Shown here: positions 12,481 to 20,000 of the stretch, piece after piece
Layout: each line of letters starts with the position of its first letter
Position numbering within the stretch: position 1 is the first letter of the stretch
Assembly: GCA_000934665.2 (NCBI GenBank)
Contig: JYFJ02000441.1
Span: forward strand, 110,505 to 130,504
Direction of reading: 5' to 3'
Length of the DNA stretch: 20,000 nucleotides
Source: Catajapyx aquilonaris
Lineage: Eukaryota
The notes under the pieces: generated by a model
What the model was told of the DNA's origin: nothing
Databases searched by the model: none
What the model saw: the letters and a program-made list of their open reading frames with translations, nothing else
Program-made: the position numbers and the translations under genes

Positions 12481-12540
12481 ATCACGTGATGATTCTTCTT
12501 GGGCAATGATTGGTTCCCCTCGCGCATGCGTATATAGGGC
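12481..12540 (+). promoter_or_regulatory. Candidate promoter-like motif cluster (E-box, inverted CCAAT, NRF1-like, TATA-like)
   Basis: ATCACGTGAT 12481-12490; TGATTGGTT 12507-12515; CGCGCATGCG 12521-12530; TATATAG 12531-12537; followed by GC-rich sequence. Confidence 0.4.
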
Positions 12541-13171
12541 GGCATCTGCCCCATTCCCCAGATGCCCCAAACAGGTGAGGCCTGACCCGGACAGCCCACC
12601 TGCGAGAGAGGTGACACGGTCACCAAATGTCACCTGCTGATGGAGACGGAAGCCCACCCCCCGGGGGCCTTATTTGTCGCGTTCCCTATAGTACATCCTG
12701 GAGCCAGCCTGCTAATTATGACACACCTTATGATTTACGCGCCCCTGGGCTAGATATGGGGTGTATCAGACGCACACATCACACATCATCAAATTAATGT
12801 GGGCGCGGTCACTTTTTTTTCCACCCAGAGATAATACCAGTGGGAAAGATATAAACTTGGACATAAATAGATTATCGACCGGCCTATTTCAATTATTTGG
12901 GAAGCTTTCTGCGGCAAAACATGTCACTGTCCCGCTGTTATGTCCGAATTCCCCACACCTTCCCTGTTTTATGCATTAAAATCCCCAAGAGTGGTCCTGA
13001 AAGTCCGCTTAGTATCAGCCAATAAAACCGACAGGGGGAATGTCTTTATCGTCTTTTTCGCGTCACAATGGAAGCAATAAATGTAGCAGGTCAGCCTGCC
13101 GTGCTCTTTCTGGCTATATTAATAGCAAACATTAGTCCTTTAGACGTGAAATGAATAATGCGTAAGATTAT

Positions 13172-13193
13172 GGGGGGGCTATAAAAGAAGGGG
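13172..13193 (+). promoter_or_regulatory. Canonical TATA box in G-rich flanks
   Basis: GGGGGGGCTATAAAAGAAGGGG with TATAAAAG at 13180-13187; CCAAT at 13019-13023 upstream. Confidence 0.35.
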
Positions 13194-14405
13194 CAGCAAA
13201 CGGCCGTGTATATCTACCTATCTGAATATATTAAGGCGGCCAATAAATAAGTCATGAAGCTTTGATAGGGCCAACACGGGTGCATAATTACGACCCAGAT
13301 AATTAAGCGTCCCCACATATACGTTAGTTTAACTACGCAGCCATTAACTTGGCGCGCGCAAATGACAGGGTCCTTTAGTAGTGCATATATTTTACATGTA
13401 CATTATTTTAAAGGAGCTCAAGATTACATCGGCTTATATTTTACTCTTTATCAACGATCTGGATATGAAGTATATTGCAGAGATTCCACCACATAAAATG
13501 CGCAATTTAGCATCCATGTAGATATTTTTATGTGAGGCAGATTTACTTATAGAGGGCAGTAAAATAATCAAGGCCCAAGTTTAATTGAGTATAGTGTATG
13601 GTTAAGTATAGTTTGTATTTATGTAGCAACCCTTCTAAAGAAAATATAAATCAAGTTCCTTTTAGTTATTGCTATGAATAAACTATCCAATTTATCGCCG
13701 TACACTTCCTATTGAACTAAAGTTTCGGGATGTGAAACAATGTGTTCATAATAGCATTGGATTAATAATTCCTATCACTGGAGGTTGAATTCACTTTTAT
13801 TTGGCAGCAATAACCGAAACAAACTGGTGAAAAAGGATACTGCCAGGAAGTGTGTGAGTGACATATGGAGGCAAACAAAGACCATACATACTTAACAAAG
13901 TTCAACAAGGAAGATGGATGGCAAGAACCTCGTTGTCTTTTCATGGCTGTGTTGTCTCTCACTTAACACATGTATGCATATCACTTCACCCACACACGCG
14001 CAATTGTTTCGCCCAAAGGAAGAGAAAAAAAGAGCCCTTGTTTGAAGCGTATGCGTCCATGACACCCCAGTAGGGATCAGCAAGGTCAACTCAAAGGGTT
14101 GTTTTACGTTATACGTGACTAATTTCTCTCGGCCACGCTTATAATTTGAGCGGGCAAGATTTTCTCCTTTTCTTTTACCCTCCATTTTTCCTCAGACTCA
14201 CGTTAGGCCCTTTCTTGGATACCCCCCCTTCCATCCATAGCACCCATTTCGAAAAGGCTGAAGGAGTTCTGGCCCGATCTTGACAAGCATGAAAAAGGCG
14301 TGAGGCCATCCCAGCTGGAGTTTGGGCACACAGTGGCCCATTTTCGCCCAAGGAGGTCTCTCTGGTTGTGAGGCTCGCGCTTTTGGCCCAACCAGAGAAT
14401 AAGAA

Positions 14406-14427
14406 AAGAAGAAGAAGAAGAAAAAAA
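14406..14427. repeat. (AAG)5-A7 microsatellite
   Basis: Read directly. Confidence 0.9.
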
Positions 14428-14684
14428 GCCCTCTCCGAAGATGTGTGAGAGATAATTACACCCTCTGTCCATCCTGAACTGAGCATATCTCCCTCCTGAA
14501 TGCGGACTGGATTTTTCTCCCCACGTCTTTCCCCCTTATAAAGTTTATCTAGGCAATGCTTCTGAAACGGGTCGAGTGGAAAATTGCCGGTGCAAACATG
14601 TTTCACACGCTATTACAGAGTCAGTTGCGAATTGTTCGCGCGTGACATGAAAATCGCTAAAATTAGCTAATTATTATTCAACAT

Positions 14685-14758
14685 CACAGAGATGGTCTGG
14701 CAGGTATACGGTGGGGATCGTGCATTACGATAACGTTCCAGGTTCGAATCCCTATGTG
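14685..14758 (+). pseudogene. Degenerate tRNA-like sequence (tRNA pseudogene or tRNA-derived SINE head)
   Basis: Perfect B box GGTTCGAATCC 14741-14751; A-box-like TGGTCTGGCAGG at 14693 (48 nt upstream, tRNA-like spacing); anticodon-arm-like ATCGT-gcatt-ACGAT 14717-14731. T-stem and acceptor stem are imperfect, so it is not a functional tRNA. Confidence 0.4.
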
Positions 14759-15855
14759 GAAAGTTCTTTGCCAACTTCCAGTCCCAATAAGTTGTAACAA
14801 ATTGGTAAAGGGTACATGTGGGGCTAAGATTTAAATATTAAAAATCATAGAGCAAGAAAATTGCCATTTTCCGAGAAATTCCATTACAGTAATATAAGGA
14901 TGTGAAAAAAATTAGATCAATATTAGTTTACTCCATGCAGGTTATGCTTCAACTGTTGCTACATTTGCTAACTCTTAACATAATGGCAAAGACGCCAAGA
15001 TTCAATACCTGAAAACCTTCCTCTTAAGAAGAAGAAAAAAAGCACAACCAGGTAAAAAAAAAAAAAAGTGGACAGACGTTACCCCCCAGCCATGCACACG
15101 ATCAAAGTCAGGAGAAGAAAAGTTGGGACAGACACAAGATTGACCTGCCAACCCTCCCCAACTTTCAATTACCCATGCAAAAGAGTGAAATAAAGTACGC
15201 CAGGTAAAGGGGGAGCTGCCGAGTCCTAACCTTCCCCCCTCTGCCCACCTTGCTGGGAAAAAAAACTTTTGAAAAAAAGTGGAAAACAAAAAAAAAAAGA
15301 AGAATGGAGGAGTGGTGGTGGGTTGAGAAGGCACCATCCCCCTTCCAAAAAGTCCACTCTTTTTACTCGAGCCTCTCAACCTGACTGTCAGACCTACGCA
15401 AGATTAGGGGCCGTGGTCATTTACAGGTAAGGGCACAGTGTAAAAAAAAGAAGGTAAATGCCCCCCGACCTGTCGGTTTTGAGTCATAATATGCCCTGTA
15501 AAATATGCGAACAGTTTGACTGCACAAGCATGAAGTTTTAGGTGACCACACATCATTAGCGTCTAATTCGGGTTTAAATGCAGAATATTTTGTGCAAAAT
15601 GGACTCACTGAGTGAACAAATTTTGGTCCGCCCCGGGGCAATTAAGACAAGGGGTCGATTACAACGCCATCTTTTCACACCCGTGCAACCAGGGCGTGCA
15701 AATTGCATACACCTGCACAAACATACCTGCACCGCATAAATTCTCCACATCGCCCGAAGCACAATTAAGTTACAACAAATCCCACTTGAAAAATTCAACA
15801 AGTTAGAGAAACATATGACAAACTTATGCTAACTTGTCATTAGACCCCCCTCTGA

Positions 15856-15874
15856 TTGTGTACAGTGTACACAA
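15856..15874. repeat. 19-bp palindrome
   Basis: TTGTGTACA-g-TGTACACAA: 9-bp perfect arms. Confidence 0.75.
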
Positions 15875-15875
15875 A

Positions 15876-15910
15876 CTTCTTTTTTTCTTCTTCTTCTGAT
15901 TCAGGTAAGA
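15876..15910 (+). other. Candidate recursive splice site (3'ss abutting 5'ss)
   Basis: 22-nt pure pyrimidine tract 15876-15897, then gattCAG|GTAAGA with the junction at 15904/15905. Confidence 0.4.
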
Positions 15911-16697
15911 AGAAACAAGTCAGCGGGGAAGCACACAAGTTGAGCAATACAGGCCAGGCACTCACCTTACCTGCCCAGTTCATTAAATATGGTAATCGCA
16001 GGGCAATTAATCCGGGGCGAAGAATCGCTCATTTTTTTATGTTTCTTTGGAGGGGAAAGGGGTGGCCGAGAGGTAGGTATGTTTTTGGCCAGCCCCTTCC
16101 TCGTTAACACGCGAAGTGCAGAAAGGATTCTTGGTTGGTGAAGAAGACGCGGTGTACATAATGACATCATGGACGCCGCCATGATTTTTGGGAGGGACAC
16201 GCATCCAACATGGCGCCTCGTTAGATTTATGGATCCGAGTCGCGTACACAAATAATGACGGCATATGAGGGTGGGATGTACCGAAAATTCAGAATTTATT
16301 ATCCGGCTCGTATTACACGCACGTTTTTTTATTTTTTATTTTTAAATAAACTTTTAGACAACTTATGCATGTAGCTCAACGTGAAGAATTTGGTGCCAAT
16401 TTGATGCCCATTTTTTAATCAATTATTGAACCTCTAACGTGCTAATGTGAATATTATTAACACGAGAAAAAATTAGGAGAACATGTGTTTTTCAACTTTT
16501 AAACCGTACTTTTTCTTAAATGGCGAGACGGCAAAAAAAAAAGCCAAATCGTGGTGGGTCCACGTGAGGTTTGGCCCTTAGGGAACTGTCTTCTCAGATC
16601 CTGGGCACCTTTCCTCTCCTCCTCCTATCTCCCCCTTTGAGTGACGGGCACCTATCAAGAGTGCTAACATATGAGAGGTGAAAGTAATAATTTTCGG

Positions 16698-16705
16698 TGA
16701 CGTCA
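16698..16705. promoter_or_regulatory. Full CRE palindrome
   Basis: TGACGTCA within GTGACGTCAC; motif only. Confidence 0.3.
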
Positions 16706-18380
16706 CGCCGAATCCTGTCAGCTGACCAAAAAGTCTGGCCTACGGATGGGGATAAAAATTCGGTGGAAAACTTGTTGCAAGGCACCAATGAACTGATAGC
16801 CATGACAACCCGGAATTTTATCCACGCTTTTTTTCTCTCTGTAAATTGTATAACCCGAGGGTATTGTAAGAAACACGACAAAAAAAAATGTAAAGAGACC
16901 GCAGGCTGCCCGGACGCGTTAGAGGCAAACTATACACCGGAGTCAATTACCGGTCCTCATTGCAACTGGAAGCGCCGTAACTTGGATGACCTCGACACCC
17001 AAGAGGTCAATCTGAGTGTGGGTGACGTAAACTCGGCGATTACTAATTAGAAGCCGCGCTGATTAGGGCTCAACCCTGATTGCAAAGCCTCATAAACTCA
17101 AAACTTCATGCTTTACGAGACCGCTAGTTTTCTTTAGCTTTTACATTAAGCTTCATTTGAGAGCACGGTTTAATTTTTTATGAGTTTCTCCCCCTCTTCA
17201 GAAAAAAATGGTGAAATGTAAGCTTAAATGGCGGTGTCTTGTATGAACTAACCATGCAGAAGGGCCTAAGAGGCAGAAACAATTGGAAGAGACAAGCCGC
17301 CATTCCGTCACAACGGGACACCTGCTCCTTCGAAGATATCAGGTGATCTAGGTCAACCCTTGCTTAGAACCTTCCAAACCCTTACCCCTGACCCTTGGTA
17401 TGAAAATAATAGTGACGCCACGTACCCCAAAAAAGTACTTAAGAGGCGAATCTAATTGCATACACTTTGCTCAAGAATCCACTGCTTAACTGCTGTCCAA
17501 AAAAAAAAGGTTCTGCAAATTGTATCCTATAGATGCAAAAGGTGAAGTCACCTACATAACCCAGCACATTGCGCAACACTATATACAGTGTTGTTGAAAG
17601 AGTGTCACAAAAGGACGGGACAAGTGCAAGGCTCGCACTAAGGGGCAGAAAATCGGGTCTGGAGGCCAAGTGACAGACAATTCCTCGATGATGAATGGCC
17701 CATCTCGGCTGCAAAAGATGGATGGCTGTCCCACAGTCTCTCTCAGCTCCAACTCGCCCCCTTCTCAAGACTGTCCCTTTCCTCCGAGGTCACCCCCACG
17801 ATTGTCTTCGGCCGACTCCCCAAAAAACCCTCAACCACAACTCCCAGCAACCGCCATCTCCATCTTCCTAACGTCGGACCATGGTCCCCACAATCTGATA
17901 AGGAAGTTTGGCGGAGGTAAAAAGAAGACGCGCTCAGAATAAGTTAAAAACAGTCCCCCCCAGTATGTGAACCGATTGCGATATAATCGGTGGTGAAATG
18001 TCCTCAGAGCAGAAGAGGACATCGGGTCATGCTAGAGGGTGTAGCCTATATACGTTTCATCGTGTCGCAACACAAAACTACATAAGACAAAACACGTGGT
18101 CATGCTCCTACAATGTTGCATTTATAAAAATAAAAAAAAATTGCACTGCAAAAAAAATATGAGTCGCCATATTTAATTACACTTGATTCCTTCCCACACT
18201 ACAAATTCACACACATGCCAGGCTAGACAAAAAAAAAATCCCGGCTAAATTACCAACAATTCAATCCCTCATTAGTCCGGATAATCAGGTCGGATTCTCC
18301 TAGAGAATAACTGTTGACAAATCCTGACAATGATAACAACAGCCCAGTTTGATAGCTTGGAATGCCGGTCTTTGATCACG

Positions 18381-18410
18381 CCCCCTTTTTCTCCCCNCCC
18401 TTAGGTAAGA
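18381..18410 (+). other. Candidate recursive splice site (3'ss abutting 5'ss)
   Basis: ccccctttttctccccncccTTAG|GTAAGA with the junction at 18404/18405; branch-like tttgAt about 29 nt upstream. Confidence 0.35.
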
Positions 18411-18841
18411 TTGGAAAGAGAGAGAGAGAAAAAAAAATCTTATACAAATGGACTCTGGGATCATCCACCACGAACAAGACGACAGGAAGACTAATGGTAA
18501 TAAGAGGTTTCCCGAATCTCGGCAATCGCATCGAGGCAATAACAAATGGAAGGGTCTTTGTTTCGCATATGGAACTCTGGTGTACCACAAGCTTGCCTCC
18601 AATTAATCGCGCAAAGTACAGCATAACAAGACTAGCCACTTTTTTTCTTCTTCATTTTCTTTCTTCTTTCTGACATTATATAGACCGGATTTCGAGGCGT
18701 CTCGATATCATCGGACCTGCCTTTAATTGGCGGAGATGCAAAACCGGAGCAACTTTTCATTTTAATTCTAGCAATTATGACCACACAGGAGGACAGTGTG
18801 GTGACAGACCTTGCAATATATATTTTTTGCATCTTCAGTCC

Positions 18842-18856
18842 AGGTCATTGAGGTCA
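18842..18856 (+). promoter_or_regulatory. Perfect nuclear-receptor DR3 element
   Basis: AGGTCA-ttg-AGGTCA: both half-sites match the consensus exactly. Confidence 0.45.
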
Positions 18857-19713
18857 AAAGTAATCGGCCGAGTGATAAATTCTACCCTACTTTCGCGATG
18901 ATTATCCGCCTCCCTTGATTTTAATGGCTGGATGGGAGGGCGCTACATCATCAACGAAAGAAGCAATCACTGGGTGTGTTATTATGTAAAAAGTAATTGT
19001 TTATGATGACGAAACAGATCGAGCTGCTCCAAACTAATTTGGTATGGCAGGCCATGAATTTTTATCCTCCCTAATCACGTCGCACTTTGGCAAAAATCCG
19101 CCTCCCAGACCACATCACCCGAGTCATTATTAATTAAAAAGTAAAGCAATATCACCCTCTATATGCTCAACACGGTAGGAAATTGACTGATTGTTAGCGC
19201 CATTTTTCCGGGTGTGGTCCACTCCAAATTTCGAGAGCGGGAAAAAAAAGGACAAGAACATGGCGTTTCCCCGCAGCGTGTCTTCCTCCTCCAAGTGGGT
19301 CAGAATCACAAAAAGGACTGTTTTCTGGTGTGATGGGTGGGGACGCAATGGATGGTCGCTGGGTCGGTCCATTCGCCATCGCGAGACACACTCTCCTCCT
19401 GCCTTGAATTTATACGACCACTGTTATCGTTCATTATCATTGCTGTCGCGTAAGAGAAACAACAGGTTTCCCCTCGCCATCAAAAAACCCTCCCCTCATC
19501 CTCTCGGGTCCTTCCTTTTTGGGGCATTTTTGGGAGCCTTCCACAACTCTGTTTCTGCCCACCGGTGTGTATAATACGGAGAATCATCTGAAAACAAGCC
19601 CAGGTCCAAAACGCCACAGGGGGATGGCAACTGAATTGGGAAGTCACTGGGTGTGACACTGCCAAAAAATCTGTACCTTAATGAGCTGAGCCATTAATTA
19701 CAACGGAGCATAA

Positions 19714-19731
19714 TTTTTTTCTCAGGTAATC
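19714..19731 (+). other. Weaker candidate recursive splice site
   Basis: tttttttctCAG|GTAATC with the junction at 19725/19726. Confidence 0.25.
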
Positions 19732-20000
19732 AGAGAAGGAACGTCGAGCCAATTTCATTTTAAGTATATTTGAAAAATTGGTATTTATTGTCCACATATT
19801 TGTCACCGAGACATTATTTTGAGATTAACGCACCCATATTTCTTTAAATAAATTGACACTGGCAGCTGATGGACAATATAATAGCCTAACACTTTCGGTG
19901 AAGTTGTGACCGAATTTGACCATGTTCACTATGTGCCCCACTTGATGAATGTTATTTTGTATCTGAATGTACATGCACCATTCCAACCCGGCTTCCCACG

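Noticed and set aside
14175..15379. Phe/Leu-rich 'membrane-like' ORFs on - strand
   Set aside because: Hydrophobic runs derive from A-runs and (AAG)n microsatellites.
17355..17396. Telomere-like AACCCT words
   Set aside because: Irregular spacing and no true tandem array.
18397..18397. Single ambiguous base N
   Set aside because: Assembly ambiguity rather than biology; it slightly weakens the 18404 pyrimidine-tract call.

Overview
This window looks like eukaryotic non-coding DNA, probably from an invertebrate animal: roughly 40% GC by eye, CpG not obviously depleted, and many A/T runs and short microsatellites. I cannot support any protein-coding gene. All listed ORFs are short (158 codons or fewer), overlap in several frames, often translate simple repeats and show no domain I recognise. 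I also see no rRNA, intact tRNA, CRISPR array or transposase/RT remnant. AT-rich spacers alternate with GC/CpG-richer blocks dense in transcription-factor-like motifs, which fits a long intron or gene desert of a developmental gene (inference). The most notable signal is a set of + strand polypyrimidine-YAG|GTAAG junctions (15904/5, 18404/5, weaker ones at 19725/6, 7247/8 and 15426/7) matching recursive-splicing ratchet points. Other signals: a 46-bp tandem duplication inside a cluster of Otx-type TAATCC sites, a perfect AGGTCA DR3 element, two promoter-like motif sets (12481-12540 and 13172-13193), a degenerate tRNA-like/SINE head (14685-14758), and a near-perfect complement of miR-92 (17612-17629). 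All regulatory calls are motif-level and need conservation or functional data.
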